A DNA stretch of 62,717 bases, filler included, from Platydemus manokwari (GCA_037951405.1; 6 parts of 6 records of this genome joined end to end with filler, not necessarily neighbours in it), one strand, 5' to 3'. Positions 39,367 through 53,140 are shown, counted from the first letter of the whole stretch. A program made the numbers and translations. Notes: a model not told the origin generated them from the letters alone.

Positions 39367-40267
39367 TTCTTTAAACAATTAGGATGTAATGTAATAAAAT
39401 TTTAACAAAATATCGATATAATTGTAATTGGAACAAAATTAAACTTAATTTTAATTGAAAAAAAATTGAAAATATTGCCTTAATTATTATTTAAACAACT
39501 TTCAGCTTTCATAACATTTTTCTTTATTAAATTTAAGTATTAAAATTTTACAAAAATTTGAACTGATAGGCACTTTCTTTCTGTTCAAAATCTCATACCA
39601 TTGACTCATCTAGTGTTCGTTGAATCTTGTTGATGTGAGCCTATCAATTTCTTTTAATGGGTTGATATTTTGGAGGCATATGTGCTCATAATTTCAGTAT
39701 ATCAATTCTTTAGATTTTTAACTCTAATTTTTCGTTGGTATTTTGCTTTATTTTCACTTCACACTTAGTACCAGGATCTCCCGAGTTTATTATTTTGCAA
39801 TAATTTAATCCCAAATCTCCTTTCATATAATCTTCATCTTCATCAAAATATTTCCTATAATAAATTTATTCTTTAGGATCAAACATTCTTTAAAAATTCC
39901 TATATAATTTGCTAAGCAATTTTCAAATTTATGAACCATAAATATTTTTATTTTAAAAATTATATGAAATGCCAACGATCGCTATTTTATTTTCCATATG
40001 ATCAATAATATTATCAATTTTTAATCCAATATCTAAGCAATATAAAATATACATGGATAATTGACTAAATAATTCTCTCACAGTTTATATTTTAATTTTA
40101 TAATAAATCATTTTATCATATCAAGGGATTCATAAACTTATTTAGTGGGTTAATTTCTCTATGGATCATATTGTATTATGAGATTAACTTATTTATACCC
40201 AATTTGATTCTAAAGAATTTATTTTATATTTCCATGTAAAAAATCGGATGGAGAAGATTTTTTGTAG

Positions 40268-40385
40268 AAATAGAAATAAAAATAAAATAAAATAAAATAA
40301 AATAAAATAAAATAACATAATATAATATAATAATATAATAGAAGAATAATAGTGTAATAAAATAATATAATAAAATAAACTATAA
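40268..40385. repeat. AAAAT / ATATA-type simple repeats
   Basis: Visible pentamer runs; they explain spurious ORFs 40193-40507 and 40219-40461. Confidence 0.85.
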
Positions 40386-40741
40386 CATAATAAGATGAAA
40401 AGGGGCCAAAAAAACAAATGCGTGAAATAGCTAGAAAGTAATAGCGGGGTTGCGCAGGCACCTAAAATAGTAACACTGCTGCAGTACAAATACCGAGCAG
40501 TGATCAACCAAAAAAATCACTAAAAAGCGAAACAGAAAGTCTGCACATAAAAATAGTTACATTCGGAATTAAATTAAACTCGGTTAGGGTATTAGTAACT
40601 TTTCCGATAGAATGGTCTTCATACCCGTTATTGAAGCTCCTTAGAGCCAGTCTAATGTTAAGGCTTAATCAAAAGATAAAACCAGTGACATAATAATAAT
40701 AAACCCAAACAATCAAAATACCTCATATAACACAATTTTAT

Positions 40742-40742
<1 letters not shown>

Positions 40743-40803
<61 letters not shown>
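40743..40803. repeat. (AAT)n microsatellite
   Basis: Visible repeat. Confidence 0.95.
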
Positions 40804-40807
<4 letters not shown>

Positions 40808-42110
40808 TAAACAAGAGTTAAAATTAAAAATAAAATAAAGCTAAAATGTTTTTAGAATAATTTTAAAAGTCAAAACCAAAAATAGCTTTTCTATTTTAGT
40901 GATGATGATTTTGTCTTTCGATAAAATCACAAAAATTCTATTGAAAATGAAAAAAAGGATTATTTGTTTGAAAACATTAGAAATGACGGTCTGGTCTAGC
41001 GAAATCAAATTGCGAATTTCTGCTAAATTCAAGTCACATAAGAAAATCTCAATTGAGAATTAGCTTTCATCAAAATGCTTTACCGACAAGTTAGCTTTTA
41101 TACATATGTTGCGGTTCTGAGCTGGTTTTCTCTGAACCGGTTCCAAAACAGATTTCGCTTGTGATGTCGTTAATTTCATTATCATGGATTTTTATATTTA
41201 AATGAGAACTGATAATAAAATTGATGATCGGTTTTCTCTCTCTCTCTCTCTATCTCTGAGTGGAATTTAATTTCCAAAAATTGGACAATTTGTCGCACTG
41301 TGCAGCAATTGAAATTTTTACGAGCTGTTCTTATCAGGTGTTGTTATATTTGATAGAGAAATTGGTCTGGATTTTTGTGAGCAAGATTTCCATCAATGTC
41401 TAATTGAAGAAGGATAATATTACGAGAAGATCGGCACTAGTAAGTAATGGGGTTAATTAAACATTGTAAATTTAGTCGATAATATTTAAAATTAAAAAAA
41501 TAATATAATTCTATTATTTGTTTAAATTAATGAGTTAATATTTTGAAATAACAGACTAAGTTTTTCAATATTAAAAAGAAAATGGAAATTTACGAAAAAA
41601 TTTAAAGAAATAAGAAGTTATAAAAGGCCTTGAGAATAAATGTAATAAAAAAAAGTAAACAAAAATCAAGAGAATCAATTACTTTAGAAACACGTGAGGA
41701 AGTATTAAGCATCACTCGAATAAGCTGAAATTTCAACTGATCTGTCTCTCGTGTGACTTTTAAAACTTTCTGATAATTGCTACTCTGTCGAATGATTTGC
41801 TTTCAATATTTTCCGAGCATATATCGCAATCTAAAGCTCGAGAAAATTTGAATAACAATCATTCTGTTCATACTGAAAGGTATGTTTTAGAAAATGCTAC
41901 ATTTAATAAATAAAATATTACAATTCATTGCACTTGACTTAGATGGTGTTTCTCAAAACACATCAAGATATTTTTATTGTCGAAGACTGAAGTGAATTTC
42001 AAGAGAAATACATCGGTGTAGACTAAAAGATGTAAGGACAAATTCTGAAGATAATAAGGAAATCATTTATAAGTAGTTAAAATTCCATTGGCTTATGAAA
42101 TAGTCTAGGA

Positions 42111-42213
42111 CAGAGATGGCCAACTTTTGTGTACGTAAGATCGACTTTTCATTTGGATAACATCTCATGCGATAGACTAAAATTGGCTTCAAGATCGACC
42201 GGTTGGCCACCTC
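42111..42213. mobile_element. Tiny hAT (Charlie-type) MITE
   Basis: Termini CAGAGATGGCCAAC ... GTTGGCCACCTCT. TCTAGGA is present on both flanks, resembling an NTCTAGAN-type 8-bp TSD. AAGATCGAC occurs near both ends. Confidence 0.6.
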
Positions 42214-42408
42214 TAGGAAATGTAAAATTCATTTTGAATCCGTGTTGACAGAGATACTCAATAAATATTCTGCAAGTTCATTCGTGACTTCGATAAGAGA
42301 ATAATGATTGTTAGGAGATAATTATTAAGGGCTTCCATCAACTAAAGTGACTCAATTTGGTAATCTATTAACTCCTGCTAAGGACTTTGTTATTAGAATT
42401 GTAAAAAC

Positions 42409-42915
42409 TTTGGGATTGGAACGAAAGCATTGTCCGATAGAAAACAATATTTATTTAATCAATAAAGAAAATATGTAAATTGAGAAATAAAACAAAACAT
42501 CATTCGTCTGTAAATGTGAAATGATGAAAATAATTACCTTTAAGGTCCACACACTTTTAACAGAATTCCTCAGGTTTTGAAGCGAATCACTTTTCCAAAT
42601 CATCATTAACATCTTCTGCGGAGTGATATGTTTTCTCACGAAGTGAGTTTTTCATAGGATAAAACAGTCTAAAAGGGCCAATGTCTGGGGAGTCTGGTGG
42701 ATGTGGTATTACCGTAAAACCAATCTGAGCAAGCTTATTTCGAATTAAACGTGCTGTATGCGGTCGAGCGTTATCGTGAAGGAAATGGGACTTTTTAAAT
42801 CTGTTTCCACACATTTTAAATATTTGTATTGCTTATATCTCCAATTTACATACTGTTTTTATTGGTTAAAAAAATATTATTTTCTATCGGACCAAACTTT
42901 CGTTCCAATTCCATA
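42409..42915 (-). mobile_element. Internally deleted mariner (second family) retaining both TIRs
   Basis: TIRs TGGGATTGGAACGAAAGCATTGTCCGATAGAAAACAATATT and AATATTATTTTCTATCGGACCAAACTTTCGTTCCAATTCCA. The internal remnant reads FLHDNARPHTAR...VIPHPPDSPDIGP. Confidence 0.88.
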
Positions 42916-44894
42916 GTTTATATCAATGCTTTGTTTCCTCTTGTTTTATATTGAGCTGGGCCTTTGTGAATGAGGAGCGATTATTGAAAATTAATTTTGT
43001 AGCGCAAAGAAATTTGAAATTTTGAATTTAATTTGTTTTATGTTTTGAAAATTTAAAATTTTAAAAATTAAAATTCGATATTTAAAAAAATTTATAAATT
43101 CAAAATATTCATGTTTGATATTTCAGATATTTATCACATGTTTATTAAGGAATAACGTTGATTTTTTATTTCTTGAAAGCAATTGTTCACACATGTTTTT
43201 TGTGTTGTTCAAATATTATCATTATTTATATTGTGATTAAGTTAAGTGGGGAATGAAATTAGACAACACAAAGTACAGTAAAACCATAAATGGAAGCCGT
43301 AATAGAAATAAAACGTATGAAGTCATGCTAAAATGAATAATTTTCGAAAAATATCTAAAATAAATATTGCTTCATTAAATTTAAGATATCAAATTTAAAT
43401 AGTTTTTCAAAGTAGAAATTAAAAATATTTGTTTATGTAAACTATTTACAATTCCAAAGGGAAATGTTTGAAGTAAACAAAGAAATAATTTAGCAAATTT
43501 TGAAGTGTTATGGTCAAGCTATGGTCATTCATGATTAACTACAAAATCAAATCTCAAAATTAACTAAAGGTAATTTTTAATTTCTTTTGATTTTGAATGT
43601 TAGTGGCTTTAAATGTATTATCAAAACATTAAAGCTATGGCGTCCACTTAAATGAATTCAATGTGTATTTAGCTACTCTAGTTTTCTGGTTTATTAACAT
43701 TATATTAAAGTTATTTCAGTGAATTGGTAAAATATAAACTAATGTAAAAGTAAAATATTGTGTCATGCAAATATTTGATTGGTATTGATAATGGTACAAA
43801 AGTGGTTAAAAATTATATGGTTTATGTGATTGTTTGATTCGACTCTTAACATGTTCCTTTGTAATTATCGTTTGAAATACATCTATTCTCATGATACCTT
43901 CCTGCTATAGGGAATTGTTGATTTTCGTAGGTCACTAACGATCTACGAGAATATTCTTGGAAGATAATATGTTTTAATTTCCCTTTAATATTAAATATAT
44001 TCAATACTTTAATATTAATAAAAAGTCAATGCAATAATTTGTATAAATTTTATTAACCTCAAAAATCTTCACATTGATAATTTTAGCACAAACAACTTAA
44101 ACGAAAGCATAAAATTATAACATCATTTTCATATTACTACGTTTTGTGGATCATATTATATTTTGTTAATCATATTATTTTGCTTTTCCAATGCATAACA
44201 TTTTTAATTCTTAAGCTTTGGTAATTCAATACTAGTTTGTTATAAAATCTTTGGCTCATTCATTTATAAAAATATTAACAATTGAATCATTATTAATGAT
44301 ATTTATTCCAAAAATATTTCCTTTAAGATAAAAATATGAACAATTCTGCTTTGAACCTGTGGTTATTTTATTCGAATTGGAAACCGATGACCACTGAACT
44401 TATTTTTGTCTCCGATTTAATATCGATTGCTTAATTTCGCCTACAGATTTGGGTAAGTGATATTCATAACGTTTGTTATTTTCTTAAACAGAATGCGTAT
44501 AATTTACAACGCAGCAATAACGGGTTTTAATGATTGTTTTTTATTTATCATCAGTTATAAGTCTTCTAAAAATTTGTGCAGACATCTATTTGCGAAAAAT
44601 AAAGCTAACTACTTTACTATTGAGTATTCAGGAAAAATTGAAACAACACTAATTGAATCAATTAGTGAAGTAATTAAATTACTACTTAATCAGAAAGCAA
44701 TTTAATCAATCAATCTGAAAATATTGAATATAAATCTCGATACTAATATAATTTTTACTTCTTTAACTTCCACTATCATGATCTAGTATCCGTGAACTTT
44801 TCTAGTCCTATTAGATGTCAAGTTTTACTTGGTATTTTATTTAGTATATTGTATATATTAAGTATACTTCATTTATTATTCTATACTATATATT

Positions 44895-45260
44895 GTTGTA
44901 AAAGTTCCCACCATTTCTTAAATATTTATTTTCAAAGAAATCAAAGAATTTTAACAGCAAAAATAATAAAACTTCAATCAATTATACAATCTCGTTCATT
45001 GTTCACTACTTCTCATCTTTCCACTAGTTTGTTGATTCAATTTCGCCAGAAATCCTTAGGTCGAATCTCGAAGAAGTTGTTAAGCCAATTCTTAAGATGA
45101 TCCTGATTTTCGAAGCTAAGACCCCTCATTTCATTTGAAAGGCAGCGGAAGAAATGGTAATCCGCTGGGATGAGATCTGTGGAAAAGGAAGGATGTTCAA
45201 GGACCTCCTGACCGAGCTCTTGGAGTGCCATATTGACAGTTTTTGCCTTGTGTGGTCCTT
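44895..45260 (-). mobile_element. Mariner transposase 3' fragment (third family)
   Basis: GPHKAKTVNMALQELGQEVLEHPSFSTDLIPADYHFFRCL...KDFWRN*INKLVE resembles HPPYSPDLAPSDYHLF of mariners. Confidence 0.85.
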
Positions 45261-48200
45261 GAATTTTAATTCCTTTAGTTTATTTTAACTCTATTTGCTT
45301 TCATATTTTTACTATATAACTCAATTTTAACGATAAAAACAAAATAAACGTGAAACCCACATTTTTACGTTAAGCAACTGCTAATAAATTGAAAGTCAAT
45401 GATTTTGTTATTTGTGCAATATTAATGTCATAAAATATCAGAGAAAATATACAAGTTTTGGAAAAATGTTTTATATGTTTGGAATTGATATTTTGAATCG
45501 GAGGATTGACGTTTTATTTGGTTATAGAGTGAATTATGAGATGGATTTGAGCTAAAAAGGATATAATTTTGTTGTTTAGGAATATGTTAATTACAGGAAA
45601 ATTGAAATGAATTAATGACTATTGAAGTCTCGACGAATTTGGGATATATGAAAATTTTCTGAGCTGTTAGAGGTTACATAACTTATTTTAGATTAGTTTC
45701 TTATTTTATTGTTGAGATGCAGAAGTTTTGTTAAAAAATTCGAATTGAGTGAGAGATTAGTTGGAAACGGGAGTATATGTAACGCTATCTTATTTTTTAT
45801 AGTAGTCATCTTTAATGATTAAATTTTACTCGTTACATTTTTTCGATGACGCTAATGATATTGAACATATTTTCCTACATTAGGTCAAGTTTCATTATTT
45901 CTTCGAGTATCATATAAACTTTGAAATTAATCTATAAAATTTAGTTTGAAATTAATATAAAAAAATAATTAATAAAATTCCCGTTTACAAAATTTGAGGC
46001 CAATGTAAGTCTTAACTTGAGTTCTCAAATTTAACGAACTTTTGCTTTCCTATCTGACTACTTGCTATATAGAAGATTCTTACTTATAATAAAATCCTTC
46101 TATTTAAATATGTTTTGTATAACAATATATACAGATTCACCTGATTAAAACCTTAAATTAGCAATTAAATATTATTAAAATTGGATCACATCTCATACCT
46201 TCTGTTAATCTACTAGTTCATAAACTCCTTTTGGTTGTATAACAAAACTTTCAGTAACTGTTTCGGTTACTGCTATTACCAAATACTATTAACTGCACTA
46301 GCTGTCGATGGAAATCCCAAAATCATCACCGTAAAACTGTTTATTTAATAATCAATGTTATTTTATTTTTATTTTGACACAATTTTTTTTCAAAATTATC
46401 GGTTAAACGCGTCCATTGGTAATATCTGTCCGACCGCCATTGTCATAATTTGGTCTGATTCTCCTTTAAGTACTTCATTTGTTATTATATTTATTTACTG
46501 TATTTGGCTACCACCTTTCCAGTAAACATATTCTGGTTCAATTAAGTAATCTTTGATTGTAACTCATTCATAGTCATTTTTAATTTTATTTATGACTGTT
46601 TCCACCGCTTAGTCTTTTGACTTTTTAAAAATTGTTAACATTTTTCCTTGCAAAATCCTAAACATTTGCAAAGAAAATAAAACTAAATCTAAAATTTATT
46701 AATCACTAATCAGCGTTATTTAATGAATTTTGTATAATCGGTGTTCGATTTTTTCTTTTCATTATTTTTTTTTAATTTATAATCGTCAAAGTTTTAGTTT
46801 TCTTGTTGATGGCTTCGCATCCTTAGTTTTTCTAATCTTTCTTCGATCATTCAAACTGTGTCTTTCATCTGCAGCTTTTCTATTTTTTCATTCTTTTCCT
46901 ACGTGTTAGAATATCTTCATTATTAAATAAGTTACTGTGGAATCCGCAGTTTCCTTTTCTAGGTCAAAAATTATTTTTTGCCTTTATACCTGTTCTCGTG
47001 CAGCGTCGTGTAATATATAATTCTATGTCTTTCGCATAAATTAGCTCACCCACGTCGTTGACAGATACTGGTAAGATTTTAGTTGTAAATTCTGGTTGTT
47101 TCAATTTGATCGAAGATTTATTTTGCTTTTTATAATTTCGGAAATTTGGCCATAATCTGAAAATTTTTTGAATTATGTACTCTATTGATCGCTTTAAGGT
47201 ATTGAAAGAAAATAAGTTATATTGTACATATAATTCTGTCAACAATTATATAAATTGTTGGTGACTTTAGATTTTGAATTGTATATGTTACCAACTTGAC
47301 ACTTATTGCGGTTCGACCTATGGGACTTCAATATCTTATGAGAGAATAAACTATTGGATTTTTCAATTAATTTGACTGAATGTTAAAAGGTTTATAATAA
47401 GTTAGGTAAAACACTATATTAAGTTAACCTCTGTGGCTATCTAAATAAGTCGTATCAAAAAATATTTTACTAGAAAATAACCTGTACAGAAATGGGAATA
47501 TCAATATTCCTCGAGAAATATGTATTTTACAATCCAAAATGTTATCAAAAACTCAATTGTAAATAAAATTATTTATTTGAGAGTAATAAGGAAAAGGAAT
47601 AACAAAACCAAAATAGGCAGTGCACTAGATATTAATGTGTTTCATTTTACTTTTTTGATGATTTTAACCATCAATAAATAAGTTCCATTAAATTTCATAA
47701 AAACATTATTTAACTTCAAAATAAAACTGAAAAGAGGATTGAGTTTGAATGAGTTTGAAACACACAACGATTGTATAAATATTTTTGAAAACATCAAAAT
47801 GCATTTTGATTGAATGTATGCAGTCATTCTTTCATCCCTACCGTTGACTTCATCAAGCATTGCTTAAAATAGCAGTCTGAATCCGTTAATCAATGAATTA
47901 ACGCTTATATTCATAAAAATATTTTTGGTGGCTTAGATTGTTATTTTATATTGATGTTTTAAAGAATATATTTTTTTTGTATCTTATTCGAAAAAACAAT
48001 AGAAACTAACCAAGTGATGAGAATTTATAATAATAATAGTAAAATAGTGATATTGATAATATCAATGAAATCTACAAATGACGATGACGATAAATAATGG
48101 AATAAATAAATTAGTTAATTAAAAAATTAGTTGATTATGGTTCAAAAATAATAATAGGAAATAGATAATATTATAAATGTATTAATACAATAATAAAACG

Positions 48201-49989
48201 ATGTATTAGTCAGGATATATAAAAATTGGTAAATTAGTTAATGTATATTGCGGATATTATTGTTGGTGTTATTATGGTAGATCTATAGGAACTTCAGCAA
48301 TTTGTATGGCGACAAACTATTGTAAAAATATTAGAAATTATTACTTAAATATAGTTATCATTATGAGTTTAACGCCGTTGAAAGCGGTGAATGATTTTAA
48401 TAAAAATACTGCCACCTACATAAATAAGTTTACACACTATCACGATATACCAAACCGATTTACTTATTATCTGAAAATCTTTTAAATTTTTCCTCCATTT
48501 GATGGGTAATGAAGGTAAAGTAGGGCTATTTATTCTCTACTATATATATAGCTCGTTTTCGCTTGAATGTTTTTGATTCATTTTTGATTTATCTTATTTC
48601 TTTTAATTGATTTTTAAACAAATGACTTATTTTCCATTTGATATTTTATGAATATCAATAAATTTTTAATGAATAACTATTGATTCTGTGACTTAAGTAG
48701 TTTAAGTATTGACTATGATAATCATCTCAATATATCGTGTATTTCAGTATTTAAATTACAACAAACAATCAAATAATAAAGCGTCAAACGAAAGATCAAA
48801 AGCTTGGAATCAATAGGTAAAGATTATCACAAAAGAGATAAAATACAAAGATTACCACAAAAGAGCGGAAATTCTTCTCCATAACAACTTCAATCCCACT
48901 TAAATAAGAATTTTTGTTATCTTGCAATCTTTTTCGATATTTTACATACATATATACCTACACAGTCATACAGACACGATTACCGACAAATCAGAAGCAC
49001 TATAGAACGAAGATTTCAATATGGCAAAACACATGCACAAAAATTTGCCAAACCAAAGTGACGTAAAAAAGTGACCCCAAATATCGATTGAGTAAATATT
49101 TATTAATTCTTGAATAATCAACTAAAATATTATAAAACGATAAATGATTATTGTGGTTAAATTAACCTTTTGTGTTGAATTTTTCTATTTCTTTTTATTG
49201 TGTACGCGTTGAATTGGTAACAATTAACAAAATAAAAGTTGAGTATACGTAACACATGTAAATGTTGCAACGAACATTGTATAAACCAGCGAAAATGTTT
49301 TTTATTTTTTTGTATTGTTGAAAATGCTGAATAGCATATGCATACTTTGTCAATAAACAATTATCATTCAACTATTTTCGATATTCAACAATGCTAATTG
49401 TAGAAAGACGTGTATCTAGTGAACCCTTGACTGTTTATATAGCCCGGATGTAAAATAGGAATTATATCCCACATATTTAATATATTTATCACTAAACTAC
49501 TTTATCTATATTAATTTTTTAATAAGTTACACTTTTATTATATCGTTTGACAATTGGATTTTTATTTTTACTAATTTTATATCTTACTCTTATTTTATTC
49601 CACCTTCTATTTACTTGCATAAAATTCCTCTATACTATATACTATGTGTGAATATTTATATTAAATAATCAGAAATATATCACCAGCAATAACATATATA
49701 GTTTTATATTAATATGATTCAAAGATATAATTCATGAGCGTTTAGAAGCACACAATAAAATAACTCAAATCAAAATATAATTAAGTATTCAAAATTAATT
49801 TTTAAAGGAAATTTGCAAAATGTTAAAAACTATTTATGAAGTTTAATAAAGTTGCACAATTATTGTTTTCCGAAGATTATATTCATCGTTTTTAGGGAAA
49901 CAGAAAAGTATTATGAAAATGAAACCAGCATTAGAAAGATCTTAGGGACAATGTGTAATTATAATAATTCATCAAAATTGTGATAAGCT

Positions 49990-51075
49990 TGTGACAACGA
50001 CGATGTTTTATGAAACTGCTTAGTTTTTATATTATATCTTTCCAATAATTAATTATTTCCCAATACAATATATTTATATTTATTTTCCTGTGTTAACATG
50101 AATTTTTCTGAAAAATTATTACTAATTGATTTTTGATAAGGAGATAACATTTCATAATTTACTTTCCTTTTACTTGAATCTAAAGGATAAAACTTTGTTT
50201 TTTCATTAATATTTTCAGGATAATCTAAATCAACCACATAAACAAATTGAATATTTATTTTTAAATTTTCATTTTCTTCAAATACACGTTTAAATTTTTC
50301 TGTTTTTTCATAAACTAAATCATCACTCCATTCCATATCTCCATAAGGTAATGGAAAATGCATACAGCTTGGATATAATGAATTTGTGTCTACTAAATGA
50401 GTTTCAATGAAAGTTTTTTCAGGTATTGAAATATTATTTTTTTATCATTTTTATTAATCTTTTTACTTCACATGGTTATAATATTTTGAAATCATTAAAC
50501 CCATCATTAGTTATTTTATTTTTTAAATTAACAACTCTTTCTCCTGTTACTCCAGAAAACCCACCTCGAAGTCCTTTAAAGAATAATAATTTGTCATATA
50601 TCTTTATAATATTTTAACTTAACTCTTTTTTAAACCAGCATCCCAACTTAATCCGGGAGCTGAACAAAAATAACACATCAATTTGATAATCTCATTTTCT
50701 AAATAATCAGCTAATATTAAAGCATCTAATTTCATGTAATACATCATATATTATTTTAAATTTTAATCGGATATAATTTAGTTTTCCTAAAAGATATTAT
50801 TTTCTAGTTATTCCTTTGCCTTTTAATCTAGAATAAAATCTAAAGAAATTTGGGAACTTTTCATTATTTAATATTCTGTCACCAAAATTCTTTTCCTTAA
50901 TATAATCATGTGGAAATATTTGTTCTTTAGGTTTTAAATTATATTCATTTGATAATTTACATTTACTCAAATCTTTATTTAATATTTCCTTCATTTTATC
51001 AATAGAAGATGTTGGGCCAACTAATCTTTATGAATCTAAAAATCTAATATTTTTATAACGAAATGAGATATATTA
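49990..51075 (-). pseudogene. Protein-primed family-B DNA polymerase of a Polinton/Maverick-like element (relic)
   Basis: YISFRYKNIRFLDS, QIFPHDYI, FYSRLKG, YMKLDALILADYLEN, CSAPGLSWDA, GLRGGFSG, motif A VDTNSLYPSCMHFPLPYG and VVDLDYPENI are the ordered pPolB motifs, with stops and frameshifts. Confidence 0.9.
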
Positions 51076-51084
51076 TTAATGTGT

Positions 51085-51245
51085 ATGATATTCTTGATAA
51101 ACAGTTTTTGAAAATATTAAATTATCACAATCGAAAAATCCTGGTGTTGATAACATTTTCAGTAATTAAGTTTTACCATAACCAGGACTTCCAACAATTA
51201 ACATTCTAAAGGAAGAAGAAATATTTAGATGATTATTAAATTTTG
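51085..51245 (-). pseudogene. Polinton-type (A32/FtsK-like) packaging ATPase N-terminal fragment
   Basis: NNHLNISSSFRMLIVGSPGYGKT*LLKMLSTPGFFDCDNLIFSKTVYQEY shows a Walker A motif plus the 'fskS..Q..Y' segment typical of Polinton ATPases. Confidence 0.8.
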
Positions 51246-51249
51246 TTTT

Positions 51250-51760
51250 TTTTCCAATCCAGTTTATCTTGAAATTCTCAAATAAAAGATTCAGAAATAT
51301 GTTCATTAAATGAAATATATTTCCAATATACTTTCACTTGGAATTCTCTATAATGATTTCATAAAGATACCGATTCCATTCAATAAAATAGCTCTCCAAT
51401 TAATTTATCTTCAAATTCTTGGATAAAATCTTCAGATAATGATTATTGTTCTGAAATAGATTCCCTTAGATTAACTTTATCTTGAAATTCTCTAATAAAA
51501 GAATTTGATAATTTTTGACGATTAGAAATCTTGTAAATCTTCATTAGAGGATTCTGAAAGTTCTTGATTTAAACAATCAATTATAAGATTTTTTTCATGT
51601 AAATTTTGTTTACAATATGGGCATTTATCACATTTTTTTATTTTATCACAGTTTTCAAACATATAATGTTTACAACAAGTAAGCATAAAAACACATTCTT
51701 CATAATTATCTGATTTTTCAAGTAATCGTGTTCCATTTTCCACAATTAATTTTAATTTAT
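51250..51760 (-). pseudogene. RING-like finger plus 23-aa tryptophan-repeat protein (viral-type), relic
   Basis: LTCCKHYMFENC...CDKCPYCKQ, then repeats ISNRQKLSNSFIREFQDKVN, ISEQ*SLSEDFIQEFEDKL and VYWKYISFNEHISESFI*EFQDKLDW. Confidence 0.75.
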
Positions 51761-52149
51761 TTCGCTACATTTTCAAGAGCTGTTTAGAAGATTGAAAAAA
51801 CGTGTAAAATCAGTGGACGACATTTATGTCATATTTGTAATAAAGAAATTTCTGAATCTGGTTCAGAAAATATATGTGAACAATTTTGATGAAGAAAGAA
51901 TTGAAAGTAAAATAAATATAAAAAGTTACATGATAAAGATAATTTATTAGCCAATTGTAAGCATTATTATTAACTTATCTCTGAAATAGGGTCCACTAAA
52001 TTCTTCGATAATCAATATAACTGTACGTTTTAAAACCAATTTTTTTGAAAAAGTTTCTGGATTCCTGAAAGGTTAGACAATATTTTAAGTGTTAAATCGA
52101 TTTAATATATATATTACTTTTTGATGTTTTATTATACATAATAAGGTAG

Positions 52150-53140
52150 GAATATTAAGAGTGAGAATCTTTGTAGCAAGAGCAGGCATTTTTTAGAGTC
52201 ACTGATCACTCTGAAACAAAGAATAATATTTTTTTCAACTGACACTAAATGTAATTCAAGAGGAACTAATCGTTTTTCTTTGGTATATTGTGCAAGGATG
52301 TTGAGTTTGAGTAAGAAATAAAAATAAGGAACATTACAGTAATGAATCAGATAAAATAACAGTTAAGAAGCTAAATAAACTCAGAAATAAATAAAAGAGA
52401 GATTAACTCTGTGTTAGCAACAGTGCCGACCATGATAGTCAGATCACAACCAAAACCAAAAGACCAAGAAGAAATCACTAGCGATATATAACTTGTGGGA
52501 GCAATTCAATTTCCATTTTTACAGGAAACTAGAAACTGATTACAAAGCAATCATATCCGTGCTAATGACTAAAATATGTAATACTAACATCCAGAAATAA
52601 ATAAAACGAGGAAACAAAGGAAAGAATGAATTAAAATCAATTTGCATTGAAATACAAAGAACACGAGGAAATACACGTAGATGGAAGCAAATGTTACCAC
52701 TCACAGATAATAAACGATGTGATTTCAAAGTGGGATGCTCTCGAGTTCTTATCATTAGAGCGTCAATGAAACCATTGAACGAAGTTTTGAACGATAGGGG
52801 AAAGACAAAATATAAACTGGCCTTATCAGAGATTGAATAAACGTTGAATGCCACAATGCAAAAACCATTAGAGCCATTCCAGCATAAGACATATTTTAGA
52901 AAAAGATAAACAGATTACATCTGGTAATCAAGTACCAGAATAATCACAGATTAGTTAAAGAAGAACATGGAAGAAAAACAAAATAACGAGAGGAAAACAA
53001 CAATTTAAGGTAATTTCAAAGAAGGAGAAAAACAAAGAAAGAAATGCCAAATAAGGATCAAGAAAGATAAGAAAGAATCATGAAAGAAGTTACCGACTAC
53101 AAAATGGAAAATGAACAGTAATAACATAAGATAATGATTT
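52150..53140 (+). mobile_element. Possible LINE ORF2 (endonuclease region) remnant
   Basis: A-rich coding-like strand with degraded SDH/GD.N-like and K.SW-like remnants. Family assignment is weak. Confidence 0.3.

Noticed and set aside
40193-40507. Hydrophobic ORFs here and at 2472-2729, 14531-14806, 26135-26389, 33918-34154, 44792-45100 and 58723-58947
   Set aside because: F/I/L/Y-rich translations are expected from AT-rich or simple-repeat DNA or antisense TE sequence. No splice or motif support.
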